The position numbers were made by a program, and so were the translations under genes. A model generated the notes under the pieces. It saw only the letters and a list, made by a program, of their open reading frames with translations, ran no database searches and had not been told where the DNA came from. A stretch of DNA of 64,000 bases, taken from an uncultured Acidobacteriota bacterium (GTDB lineage: Bacteria; Acidobacteriota; UBA6911). The stretch covers positions 480,001 to 544,000 of the forward strand of contig CAWEJX010000001.1 in the NCBI GenBank assembly GCA_963809485.1, in the 5' to 3' direction. This document shows positions 1-9,513 of this stretch, in pieces; within the stretch, counting starts at the first letter, position 1; each line of letters opens with the position of its first letter.

Positions 1-1267
1 ATCCTCCGGATGGGCCGCCAGTCTGAACTGCCTTATACGCCTTGTCTCCGGGGATGCCGCCGCCGACGCTATAGATAATATCTCTCAGAGTTATGCCCAT
101 CGGCACTTCTACGAGGCCGGTATTCTTCACCTTGCCCACCAGCGAAAATATCTTGGTGCCTTTGCTTCCCTCCGTACCGATTGATGTAAAAAAATCAGCC
201 CCGTTGTTGATAATCAAAGCAACATTAGCCCATGTCTCCACGTTATTTATGGTTGTCGGCTTGTCCCAGAGTCCTTTCACGGCGGGATAGGGCGGCTTTT
301 GTCTTGGCTCTCCCACCTTGCCCTCCAGAGACCTGATGAGAGCCGTTTCCTCACCGCACACGAAAGCACCGCCGCCACGGTTGATCTTCACGTTGAAGGT
401 GTGACCGGAGCCCAGGAGGTTGCGGCCGAGAAGCCCCCTTTTATTAGCCTCCTCGATGGCGAACGCCAGGTTCTCGATGGCGAGGGGGTACTCGTCGCGG
501 ACGTAGACGTACGCCTCGCGGGCGCCGATGGCGTACCCGCCGATGATCATCCCCTCGATCACCGAGTGGGGATTTCCCTCCAGAACGCTGCGATCCATGT
601 AGGCGCCCGGATCACCTTCGTCCGCGTTGCAGATGATGTATTTTTCATCGCCCGGGCTTTTTCGGCAGAACTCCCACTTCAGACCGGTCGGGAAACCCGC
701 CCCGCCGCGACCTCTCAGGCCGGATTTTTTGACCTCCCCGATCACCTCTTCGGGCGTCATCCCGAACAGCGCCTTAGCCATGGCCTGGTACCCGCCCAGC
801 CGGATGTAGTCCTCGATGTCACGCGGATCGAGCTTGCCGTTGCTGGCAAGGACAATGCGCTTCTGGTACTTGTAGAAGGGAATATCCTCTTCGCGGACGA
901 TCTCAGCTCCGGTCTGCGGGTGCCGATAAAGGAGCCGATGAACGATTTCACCCTTCTCGATCGTTTTCTCGATGACCTCCTCGACATCCGCCGGCTTCAT
1001 CTGCTGGTAGAAGATGCCCTGGGGATGGATGACAACGACCGGCCCCCGCTCGCAGAATCCGTGGCACCCGGTAGTCTTGAGCAGACACTTCCCCTCGAGG
1101 CCCCGCTCCGCGAACAGCCGTCTGAACTCGCTGACAACGGACTGGCTGCCGCAGGCGAGACAACCCGTGCCGCCGCAGATCGACACGTAAGGCGTGTCCG
1201 GTTTCACGGCGTCGACGAGCATCTCCCTGAGCTTGTTCAGCTGCTCTACATTCTCAAGTCGCGTCAT
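1..1267 (-). CDS. bamH: NuoF/HydB-like NADH-binding subunit of class II benzoyl-CoA reductase (BamH); 3' end outside window
   Basis: Read manually from ATG at 1267: MTRLENVEQL...CGGTGC...TGCHGFCERGP...SGLRGRGGAGFPTGLKW...CNADEGDPGAYMDRSVLEGNPH...GGGAFVCGEETAL...GGPSGG. The frame stays open to the window edge, so it is absent from the ORF track. Follows bamG. Confidence 0.88.
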   Translation of the reverse strand, partial: MTRLENVEQLNKLREMLVDAVKPDTPYVSICGGTGCLACGSQSVVSEFRRLFAERGLEGKCLLKTTGCHGFCERGPVVVIHPQGIFYQQMKPADVEEVIEKTIEKGEIVHRLLYRHPQTGAEIVREEDIPFYKYQKRIVLASNGKLDPRDIEDYIRLGGYQAMAKALFGMTPEEVIGEVKKSGLRGRGGAGFPTGLKWEFCRKSPGDEKYIICNADEGDPGAYMDRSVLEGNPHSVIEGMIIGGYAIGAREAYVYVRDEYPLAIENLAFAIEEANKRGLLGRNLLGSGHTFNVKINRGGGAFVCGEETALIRSLEGKVGEPRQKPPYPAVKGLWDKPTTINNVETWANVALIINNGADFFTSIGTEGSKGTKIFSLVGKVKNTGLVEVPMGITLRDIIYSVGGGIPGDKAYKAVQTGGPSGG

Positions 1268-1740
1268 GCTTCCACCTTCCCCGCTCCGGCAGCCTGGGCG
1301 CCCAGCAGCGCCGTGACTTTCCGAAGGTTCATCTGTCCATGGTATTCGCCATCCATTACCATCACCGGTCCCAGGGCGCAGCAGCCGACGCAGTTCACAG
1401 TATCCAGGCTGAACTTTAGATCCAGGTCCGTTTCGCCAGGGCTGATTCCAACCAGGTTTTGAACCGAGTCCAGAATACGTGGTGCACCACGAACATGACA
1501 GGCCGTGCCTGTGCATACGTGGATTTCATGACGCCCTTTTGGCATTAAACTAAAGACTTTATAAAAAGTGACAATTTGCTGTATCCGGTTTAATGGCACC
1601 CCTAATTTATTGCTGATCTTCTCTAATGCTTCCTTGGGAAGCCAGCGATTTTCGCGTTGAATCTCCAGTAATACTTGAATGAGCGAACTGGCATCGTCCG
1701 GATATTTATTTAGAATTTTATCGATGGTGTCGTTATCCAT
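1264..1740 (-). CDS. bamG: NuoE-like [2Fe-2S] subunit (BamG)
   Basis: MDNDTIDKIL...VCTGTACHVRG...VNCVGCCALGP, NuoE 2Fe-2S motifs. Start taken at ATG 1740 within ORF 1264..1824. Confidence 0.85.
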   Translation of the reverse strand: MDNDTIDKILNKYPDDASSLIQVLLEIQRENRWLPKEALEKISNKLGVPLNRIQQIVTFYKVFSLMPKGRHEIHVCTGTACHVRGAPRILDSVQNLVGISPGETDLDLKFSLDTVNCVGCCALGPVMVMDGEYHGQMNLRKVTALLGAQAAGAGKVEA

Positions 1741-1792
1741 AGCCGCTGTCCCAACTTTCTTCCTTCTCCCAACCCTGTCCAGGCCTCCCACC

Positions 1793-2560
1793 TCAGGCAA
1801 CAACAAAGCGCTTCCGGCTTTCATCGAACCGGGCCAATCCTTGCTTTGCTGAAATGCTCAGGTGTCTGGATACCTCAGGCGGGGCTATGCCCAAAATCTC
1901 CGAAAGCTCACCCGTGCTACGGGGTTTTTCCCGCAGGAGCGCCATGATCTGGCTTATAGTCAGTTTGTCCGCAATCAATTCCTGAAATAACCTGTGGACT
2001 TCGTCGCTGTTGAAAAATTCGGCATATTCTTCCGCCGAATTACAGCGCACTCTCAGCCTCTCCCTCTCCACCAACCGGATGTAAGGGACCAATTTCGTCA
2101 TCGCCTCAAGGCCGAATCTCAATCCGTCCATGTCTATTCCTTCACCTTTGCCGAGAGGCCCCAACTCCCTCACTTTTTTGGAAAAGTCATTCATGAATTC
2201 GGCGAAACGGATCCCTTCACCGGCGGACATCTGCTCGATTCGTATTCTGTCGGGGTCCACCCCCAGGTGTGCCAGCATTTTCTTGCAGAGTTGCACCATC
2301 CCGTAGGCATGGTGGTTTCCATTCGTAATATAATGGCACTCGTTCAGATGACACCCGCCGATAAAAACCCCATCCGTTCCCCTGGAGAAAGCGCGGAGCA
2401 CAAAGGCCAGGTCGACTCTACCGCTGCACATTACGCGGATCAGCTTGATATCCGTTGCATATTGTTGTCTGGAAACTCCAGCCAGGTCGGCAGCGCCGTA
2501 CGCTCACCAATTGCAGACGAATCCCAGGATCCTCGGCTTGAATGTAAGTCCTGTACTCAT
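1793..2560 (-). CDS. bamF: MvhD-like selenoprotein subunit (BamF) with C-terminal HTH-like extension; in-frame TGA = Sec19
   Basis: ATG 2560 reads MSTGLTFKPRILGFVCNW-TGA(2504-2506)-AYGAADLAG...IRVMCSGRVD...GCHLNECHY, in frame with ORF 1793..2431. This is the MvhD CxWC motif with TGA at the second Cys. Confidence 0.88.
2469..2481 (-). promoter_or_regulatory. Candidate bacterial SECIS hairpin (apical stem-loop)
   Basis: CTGGA-GTT-TCCAG on the coding strand, 22 nt 3' of the in-frame TGA, with G in the apical loop. Confidence 0.55.
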
Positions 2561-2599
2561 TCCTTACGACCTCCTTCCTCGGTAATCCGGCCTTGTCCA

Positions 2600-5500
2600 T
2601 CAGGCCACAAACACTTCAGGAACCGCCGCGTCAATCTGGTCGATGATCGCCTCATCGAGATAATGCTTCAGAACAATCGCCCCGGTCGGACACTTTGTGT
2701 TGCACAGGCCGTCCCCTTTGCAGAGGACAGGATTGACCCGGGCTTTTCTGCCTTGCGGCGTTTCATAAAACTCCACGGCGCCATACGTGCACGCGCTGAT
2801 ACATGCGCCGCACGATACACACTTGCTTTCATCCACCTCGCAGACAGAGCCGGAGGCCACGACCGTATCGTGGGAAAGAAGAGTTATCGCCCGGCCCGCG
2901 GCACCATACGCCTGGCTGACCGCTTCCGATATGTGCTTGGGATAATGGGCAATCCCGCACAGATAAACGCCCTCCGCGCCGAAATCGACGGGCCTCAACT
3001 TGACGTGCGCTTCCTGGAAAAAACCATCCGGGTTCAAGGTAACCTTGAATAACGCGGCGATGTCCTTGCTTCCCGCTGAAGGAATAATGGCGGCGGCTAG
3101 AGCGACACAGTCGGCATCAATTCCGAGCTCCGTGCCCAAAATGGGATCATTCACCGCAACCCGCAAAAAGCTTCGGCCATTCTCGTTGACGGCTTCCACC
3201 CGGGGCTTATCCTCCGCTTCATAGCGGATAAACCTCACATCCTTGTCGGCGGCATCCCGGTAAAAATCCTCCCTGAACCCGTACGTCCTTATATCCCTGA
3301 ACAGAACGTAAATATCCATCTGCGGGTTGATCTCTTTCAGCTTCAGGGCGTTCTTTATGGAATGGCTGCAGCATATCCGGGCGCAGTAATTCCTGTCTTC
3401 CTGCCTGCAGCCCACACACTGGATCATTACCAGAGTCTGGGTGTTCCGCACCTTCTCTTCTCCCGCGGCGATCCGCTCCTCCAGTTCCAGCTGGGTCATG
3501 ACCCGCTCGTCTTTGCCGTAGAGGTATTCGGTGGGCTTGTATTCATCCGCGCCCGTGGCGATGATGGCCGCACCATGTTTAATCTCTATGCCCTGCCCCC
3601 CAGACTTCACCCGTGTAATGAAATTTCCCACATAACCGGTGGCTTCTGTAATGACGGCATCCGTAATCACGTGGATTAAGGGGTGCTGATAAACCTTGCG
3701 TATCAGATCGCGCAGGTAGGCCTGAACATCAAGCCCTTCCAGGGTATAGTGGATTCTTCGTGCGACTCCCCCGAGGTCCGTTTCCTTTTCGACGAGGTAA
3801 ACGTCATGACCCTGATTGACGATGCTCAGGGCGGCGGTCATGCCGGCCAGCCCTCCTCCGACCACCAGTGCCGACTTGTTGACCGGCAGATCGAATTCCT
3901 GCAAGGGCTCCAAATGCGCGGCCCGGGCAACAGCCATCCGGATGATATCCTTAGCCTTCTGGGTGGCGTCCTCTTTTTCCTTGGAGTGGACCCAGGAACA
4001 GTGCTCCCGGATATTCGCCATATCGTAAAAATACTGATTGATCCCCGCTTCCCGGAGAGTGTCCCGGAAAAGCGGTTCGTGCGTCCTGGGAGTGCAGGCG
4101 GCGACCACCACACGGTTGAGCCCTTTCTCCCTAATAGACGTAGCAAGGCGCTGGGCGGCGTCTGTGGAACATATGAAGAGGCTTTCCTCGGCATGGGCAA
4201 CATTGGGCAGGGTCAGAGCATAGCTGACGGTGGACGGCACATCAACCACTCTCCCGATGTTCGCCCCGCAGTGGCAGACATAGACGCCAACTTTGGGCTC
4301 CTCTTTCGAGACGTCCCTTTCCGGCGGATATACTCTCTCCTTGGCCAGCTTCCCCCGTCGGTAGGAGAGGAGTTCACCGCACTGGGAGCCAGCCCCGCTG
4401 GCGGTCACAACGGACTCTGGAATATCGATGGGGCCCTGGAAGGCACCGCTGATAAAGATACCCGGGCGGGAGGTCTGCATGGCATTCACAGGGTCGGTCT
4501 GGCAGAAATCGTGGGCATTGAGCTCGATGCCGAACTTGCTAGCGAGGCTCTTATAGTCGGCAGGAGGATTCAAACCGACGGACAATACCACCATGTCGAA
4601 CTCTTCTTCTTTGACGCCGTCTTCCGGAGTGGAATACCTTATAGTCACATTCTTGCTCCCGGGGATTTCCCTGCCCACGGAGGTGTAGCTTCTTATGAAT
4701 CGTACCCCGGGAAGCCTCTCCGCTCTCTGGTAGAACCGCTCGAAATCCTTGCCATAGGAACGAACATCGTTGTGGAAGATCGTGCACTCGGTCTCGGCGT
4801 CATGATCCTTTGTCAGAATCACCTGTTTCTGCGTATACGTGCAGCAGACGGCGGAACAATAGCTCCTGCCTCCGGGAATGACCTGCCGGGAACCAACGCA
4901 GTGAATCCAGGCTACCTTGTGCGGATGCTTCTTGTCGGTGGCACGCCGTATCTCGCCCTCATAAGGCCCGGTGGCGCATAGCAGCCGTTCATAGTCCAGA
5001 CTGGTTACGACGTTCTCAAACTTGCCATAGCCATAGTCTTCCCTCAGCTTGGGATCGAACGGCTCAAAGCCTGGAGACAGAACGATCGCGCCCACCTTGA
5101 CTTCCATCTTCTCCGGCCTTTGATTAAAGTCGATGGCGCCCGTCTTGCAGACTCCCTGGCAGATGGTGCATTTCTTCTCTTTCAGGTAAAGGCAGCTGTC
5201 ATCAATGTAGGTGACGAGGGGAATTGCCTGGGAGAAGTATATGTGGATGGCTTTGTTACCCGATATATTCTGATTAAACGGATCCGGGTATTTGACCGGG
5301 CAGTATTCCACGCAGGTAGTACACCCGGTGCACTTGCTCTCTATAACATATCGGGGCTTTTTCACGAGGGTAACCGTGAAGTTTCCGGCTTCCCCTTCCA
5401 CGCTGTCCACTTCGGTATAGGTCAGGATCTGTATATTGGGGTGCCTGCTGCATTCGACAAACTTGGGAGATTCGATGCACATGGAGCAGTCGTTGGTGGG

Positions 5501-5695
5501 AAAGGTCTTGTCCAGCTGCGACATATGGCCGCCGATGGTCGGCGACTTCTCAACCAGGTAAACCTTGAAACCCGCCGCGGCAAGATCCAGAGAGGCCTGA
5601 ATGCCGCTGATCCCTCCGCCGACCACCATGACATCCCCGAAATTGCCGTCCGCGGAAAACTTTGATTGCTGCTTTTCAACCGGTTCTTTTCCCAC
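2600..5695 (-). CDS. bamE: HdrA-like flavoprotein, electron-bifurcating subunit (BamE)
   Basis: 1031 aa with two GGGxxG FAD-binding motifs, LDKTFPTNDC, CVGSR/YCSAVCC, VCHCGANI, AACTPRTHE and ferredoxin CxxCxxCxxxCP motifs. Confidence 0.9.
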   Translation of the reverse strand: MGKEPVEKQQSKFSADGNFGDVMVVGGGISGIQASLDLAAAGFKVYLVEKSPTIGGHMSQLDKTFPTNDCSMCIESPKFVECSRHPNIQILTYTEVDSVEGEAGNFTVTLVKKPRYVIESKCTGCTTCVEYCPVKYPDPFNQNISGNKAIHIYFSQAIPLVTYIDDSCLYLKEKKCTICQGVCKTGAIDFNQRPEKMEVKVGAIVLSPGFEPFDPKLREDYGYGKFENVVTSLDYERLLCATGPYEGEIRRATDKKHPHKVAWIHCVGSRQVIPGGRSYCSAVCCTYTQKQVILTKDHDAETECTIFHNDVRSYGKDFERFYQRAERLPGVRFIRSYTSVGREIPGSKNVTIRYSTPEDGVKEEEFDMVVLSVGLNPPADYKSLASKFGIELNAHDFCQTDPVNAMQTSRPGIFISGAFQGPIDIPESVVTASGAGSQCGELLSYRRGKLAKERVYPPERDVSKEEPKVGVYVCHCGANIGRVVDVPSTVSYALTLPNVAHAEESLFICSTDAAQRLATSIREKGLNRVVVAACTPRTHEPLFRDTLREAGINQYFYDMANIREHCSWVHSKEKEDATQKAKDIIRMAVARAAHLEPLQEFDLPVNKSALVVGGGLAGMTAALSIVNQGHDVYLVEKETDLGGVARRIHYTLEGLDVQAYLRDLIRKVYQHPLIHVITDAVITEATGYVGNFITRVKSGGQGIEIKHGAAIIATGADEYKPTEYLYGKDERVMTQLELEERIAAGEEKVRNTQTLVMIQCVGCRQEDRNYCARICCSHSIKNALKLKEINPQMDIYVLFRDIRTYGFREDFYRDAADKDVRFIRYEAEDKPRVEAVNENGRSFLRVAVNDPILGTELGIDADCVALAAAIIPSAGSKDIAALFKVTLNPDGFFQEAHVKLRPVDFGAEGVYLCGIAHYPKHISEAVSQAYGAAGRAITLLSHDTVVASGSVCEVDESKCVSCGACISACTYGAVEFYETPQGRKARVNPVLCKGDGLCNTKCPTGAIVLKHYLDEAIIDQIDAAVPEVFVA

Positions 5696-5711
5696 TTCTT
5701 TATGTCCTTAT

Positions 5712-6875
5712 CTAAATCAACTCCTGGATAATTTCCGTAATGTCCTTGACTTCCAGGGAATCGCCATCCTCCCGGTTCTTCCTGCTGTCCTCAAAATTGG
5801 TGATGCAGTATGGGCAGGAAGTAGCCAGCACCTCGGCCCCGACGCCGGTCACTTGATCCAGCCTGAGGTCGGAGAATCTTTCGCCTTTTATGGTTTCCAT
5901 CCAGATTCGGCCACCTCCTCCACCACAGCAGAGACTATCTGCCCGCGCATCCGGCATCTCCTTCAGTTCCAAACCAGGCACATTCTGCAAAATCTCCCGG
6001 GGTTCTTCATAGATGCCGTTATGCCGGCCCAGGTAGCACGGGTCATGATAGGTGACTTTCTTCGCATACTCTTTACTCAGCTTGAGCCTTCCCTCTCTCA
6101 TGAGTTCGGCTAAATATTGGGAGGTATGTACCACCTCGAAATTGACCTTGAACTCGGCATACTCGTTTTTAAAGGCGTGGTAGCAATGCGGGGAAGAAAC
6201 CAGGATTTTCTTCACTCCGTGATCGATAAAGGTTTTGATGTTTTCCTTGGCTAGGTGTTTGAACAAATCCTCATCGCCCGTCTTGCGGATGCTTTCTCCG
6301 CAGCAACTCTCCTTGGCGCCCAGAATCCCGAAATCCACACTTGCCTTGTTGAGGATGGCCACGGTAGCTCTGGCTACTCTTTTCAGCCTGGGATCATAGC
6401 TCAGGTAGCAGCAGGGGAAATATAAAATATCCATTCCCTCGGTGAACTCTTTGACCGGAAGGCCTTCCGCCCAATTGGCCCTCTTGGCCCTCTCTTCGTT
6501 CAAAGGATTGCCGTCACCCTGAAGGCTTGTGCTGACTCCGCGCAGAGGCTTGGCGGAAGCTGGAAAAACGCCGAACTCCGTGGCCAGCCTGCGCGAAGCC
6601 ACTCCGACTTCTATGATTCCCACTCCTCTGGGGCACCGCTGAGGGCATCTCCCGCAGGTCGTGCAGCGCCAGATCTCTTCGTTTTCGATCTCGGTCATAC
6701 CGAAGGTGGCTTGCCGGATCAGCTTGCGCATGCTGAAGGCGCGAACCCTGTTCCACGGACAGACCGTGTCGCACAATCCGCATTGATAGCAATATTTGAA
6801 GGCTTCTCCACCCTTCGCCTTAATGCCGTCCACTATTTCCTTGAAGTCGGCTATTGTCTCCACTGTCTTTCCCAA
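5712..6875 (-). CDS. bamD: HdrD/GlpC-like Fe-S subunit (BamD)
   Basis: CYQCGLCDTVCP and CTTCGRCPQRCP plus CCG domains (ESCCG, HDPCYLGR, LCCGGGGG). Alternative GTG start at 6863. Confidence 0.88.
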   Translation of the reverse strand: MGKTVETIADFKEIVDGIKAKGGEAFKYCYQCGLCDTVCPWNRVRAFSMRKLIRQATFGMTEIENEEIWRCTTCGRCPQRCPRGVGIIEVGVASRRLATEFGVFPASAKPLRGVSTSLQGDGNPLNEERAKRANWAEGLPVKEFTEGMDILYFPCCYLSYDPRLKRVARATVAILNKASVDFGILGAKESCCGESIRKTGDEDLFKHLAKENIKTFIDHGVKKILVSSPHCYHAFKNEYAEFKVNFEVVHTSQYLAELMREGRLKLSKEYAKKVTYHDPCYLGRHNGIYEEPREILQNVPGLELKEMPDARADSLCCGGGGGRIWMETIKGERFSDLRLDQVTGVGAEVLATSCPYCITNFEDSRKNREDGDSLEVKDITEIIQELI

Positions 6876-6886
6876 TCCTTAGTGTT

Positions 6887-7426
6887 TCATTCTTTCTTGG
6901 ACATCCGGGCAACGGCATCCATCAGCTTCTGCATCCCGTACTTGCCTGCCAGGGCTTCGAGCCCGATCTCCACATCCCCCGGCTTTACCTCCTCTTCCAC
7001 TTCCTCTTCCCTCTCCTCGTAGCTCAGGGCATCGTTCAGGCACCACTGAACGCACATCGGCTCCGACAGCGGCGGATCGGATTCGCACATGTCGCATTTC
7101 AGGGGGAGACCGGAATCGGGTTCCTTGAAAATCTCCCTGGACGAGCAGGAGGCTCTGCAGAAACTGCACTCGTCGTATTCCTTCCCGTCGATGATGTATT
7201 TGTCCCGGCCCATGCATTCGGCGCCGGCTTTTTCACCGGCATATACAGGAAGGTATAAGTCTCTTAAAGGTTCACGAATCAGCCGTATACGGGACCGCGC
7301 CGGATTGTTGCTGCTGTATTTGGGCGTCGCGTGAAAGGCCGAGCAGATGACCTCGCAGGCCCGGCAGCCGTTGCATTTATCCACATCGATCTTGATGACC
7401 TTGACCTTTTTCTTAACTTTGCTCAT
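6887..7426 (-). CDS. bamC: Fe-S subunit of class II benzoyl-CoA reductase (BamC)
   Basis: MSKVKKKVKVIKIDVDKCNGCRACEVICS...ECSFCRASC...KCDMC...CVQWC. Overlaps the bamB stop. Confidence 0.88.
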   Translation of the reverse strand: MSKVKKKVKVIKIDVDKCNGCRACEVICSAFHATPKYSSNNPARSRIRLIREPLRDLYLPVYAGEKAGAECMGRDKYIIDGKEYDECSFCRASCSSREIFKEPDSGLPLKCDMCESDPPLSEPMCVQWCLNDALSYEEREEEVEEEVKPGDVEIGLEALAGKYGMQKLMDAVARMSKKE

Positions 7427-9380
7427 TTTTGCCAATCCCTCTCTGTTCAAAGTCTTCGGCAACGAAATCCATACTTAATTCGTGCAGGGATTCTTTGGTA
7501 GGAATGCCCTGGTTATCCCAACCCTTGAATTGGTAATATGCGTCCAGAAGCTTGGCCTCCAATTCGGGAAATCTTTTCTTCCAATGGTCTTCGGGGGGTT
7601 TGTCGTCCGCTCTCCTCATGCCTCTCCGAACATTGACCGCCCGGACCAGAGTACGATTCCTCCGGGTTACTTGCGTGAGTCCGGCCTCGTCCAGATCCAT
7701 CCCGGTCGCGGCTGAGATGAGGGCCGGGTAATTATGTATGTGATAGGGAGGCTTCAGGGGGAAGGAAGATAATCCGGCACACATCCCGAGGGCGTCGTCG
7801 ATGTAGTGCATCATTTCCTGCCAATCCACAATATCGCAGCTTGCCTGAACATCGGGGTAATTTGGATTGGAGAATTCGCCGCGGAATTCCCATTTCCGGA
7901 GATACTCCTTGAACTTGTCGTCCGGCACCTGGATCCAGTCCTTTATAAACTCTTCTGTCTCCTGCTTGGTAGCGAAGGGCGCCTGGGGGAACTGCCCCTC
8001 GATTTGGGTGATGTTTATTTTCTCGCCGGTGGAATACATGAGGAAATATACCGGATTCAGCATTCCGAGCTTGAGAGGCAGCTGCTCGATCTTCTTGATG
8101 TGATTGTGGGCGTAAGCTTCCGCGCCATTGCCGATTTTCTGGGCTGCCCAATAAGTCCCGTCGGCCAGGACGTCCCCGATGCCTTCCCGCCGGACAATTC
8201 TGTCAAGCAGCCAGTAGAATCTGCCCTCGCTGTCGGACGGCATTCCCGCGAAATCCTGGTCTTTCAGAATGCCGGCTTCAAGGAGCTCAAGGCCAAAAGC
8301 CATAACCTGCGGGGTCGTGAATCCGTCCACCCCATACTCCGTGGCGCGTTGGGCGATTTTAAAGCCAAAATCGAGGTCCGAATAGGCCGCCATGGTATAG
8401 GTAAGCTTCGAGAAGCATTTCATCATGTAGGTCGAAATTCCCGGGACGGAAATGGTCGCCGCGCATTTCATCGGGCAGTTGTAACAGCTGATCAGGCGCG
8501 TCCGCACGCTTTCCTGGGTTTCCCTCCACTTCTCCTCGATTTCCTTGGTCCAGAAATCCTTCCTGCGGGTGCGGGCATTCCCCCACATGAAATTGGTGGT
8601 GTGCCATTCCTCATCGATGAGTTTCATCTCCTGCGGGGATCCGAGCCCGGCCAGAATGGGCATCACTCCGGGAATTGGCCTGCTATCCCGGTCTTTGATA
8701 TATTTCAGCACTTCGCTGCAGAACTCCATATACTCGGCCGGGCGGGCAATATTGACGTCTTTGGTTCCGCGCACCGCTATCGCCTTGACCTTTTTGTCGC
8801 CCATAACGGCACCTATTCCGCCACGGCTCGCGCTGGATCTGCCCTGTTCGATGGAAGCGAAATAAACCCTGCTTTCACCGGCCAGCCCGATCGCCGACAC
8901 CTGGATTTTCGGATCTTTCAATTCCTGCTGGATAAGCTCTGCGGTTTCGTTGGCGCCTTTTCCCTGCAGGTGGGATGCGTCGCGTATTTCCACTTTGTCG
9001 TTGTTTATATACAGATAGACCAGGTCGGGGGATTTGCCGCGGAGGATCACCTTGTCATAGCCGGCATACTTCAGTTCCGGCGCCCAGAATCCCCCCATCA
9101 TGGAAAAACCCATTAACCGGGTCTGCGGAGAGATTGTGGAGGCAATCGTGCGATTGCAGCCTGGCGCAGGGGTGCCGCATAAAAGGCCGGCGCTCAATAT
9201 CAGCAGGTTATCCGGAGAAAAGGGATCTGTATCAGGGGGGACCCTGTCCCACAATATCCTGGCATTTGTGCCCAATCCTCCCAGGTGAAGCTCGGTTAAT
9301 TTGGGGTCGGTTTCTACCCTTTCGATGTTTCCTCGGGATAGATCGATTTCAAGATTAAACCCTGTCTCGGCGTACCTCAT
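7413..9380 (-). CDS. bamB: Tungstopterin catalytic subunit of class II benzoyl-CoA reductase (AOR family, BamB)
   Basis: 655 aa: MRYAETG...SMMGGFWAPELKYAGYD...SSASRGGIGAVMGDK...SCYNCPMKC...MMKC322F...TQIEGQFPQ. Glu251, Glu257, His260 and Cys322 fall at the Geobacter BamB numbering as I recall it. Confidence 0.95.
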   Translation of the reverse strand: MRYAETGFNLEIDLSRGNIERVETDPKLTELHLGGLGTNARILWDRVPPDTDPFSPDNLLILSAGLLCGTPAPGCNRTIASTISPQTRLMGFSMMGGFWAPELKYAGYDKVILRGKSPDLVYLYINNDKVEIRDASHLQGKGANETAELIQQELKDPKIQVSAIGLAGESRVYFASIEQGRSSASRGGIGAVMGDKKVKAIAVRGTKDVNIARPAEYMEFCSEVLKYIKDRDSRPIPGVMPILAGLGSPQEMKLIDEEWHTTNFMWGNARTRRKDFWTKEIEEKWRETQESVRTRLISCYNCPMKCAATISVPGISTYMMKCFSKLTYTMAAYSDLDFGFKIAQRATEYGVDGFTTPQVMAFGLELLEAGILKDQDFAGMPSDSEGRFYWLLDRIVRREGIGDVLADGTYWAAQKIGNGAEAYAHNHIKKIEQLPLKLGMLNPVYFLMYSTGEKINITQIEGQFPQAPFATKQETEEFIKDWIQVPDDKFKEYLRKWEFRGEFSNPNYPDVQASCDIVDWQEMMHYIDDALGMCAGLSSFPLKPPYHIHNYPALISAATGMDLDEAGLTQVTRRNRTLVRAVNVRRGMRRADDKPPEDHWKKRFPELEAKLLDAYYQFKGWDNQGIPTKESLHELSMDFVAEDFEQRGIGKNEQS

Positions 9381-9513
9381 GATCTGGTTTTCCTTTTTTG
9401 GTTTCTATTTCGAATAAAGGATTGCCTGGGAAGCGGCAACCGGGTGCTACAGTTCAAAGCCCGTAAGCTCAGGCACAGCGGAAAGCGCATACGTTTCCTC
9501 CGCTTCCGAAAAG

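Noticed and set aside
299-9116. Long plus-strand ORFs (299..1462, 1994..3052, 3683..4981, 7806..9116)
   Set aside because: Antisense shadows of well-supported bam genes in GC-rich DNA, with no recognisable motifs.
9381-9513. Possible Moco/Tuco riboswitch in front of the tungsten enzyme bamB
   Set aside because: Some short complementary segments exist (GGAAGCGG/CCGCTTCC), but I cannot match the Moco RNA consensus. An Rfam search would be needed.
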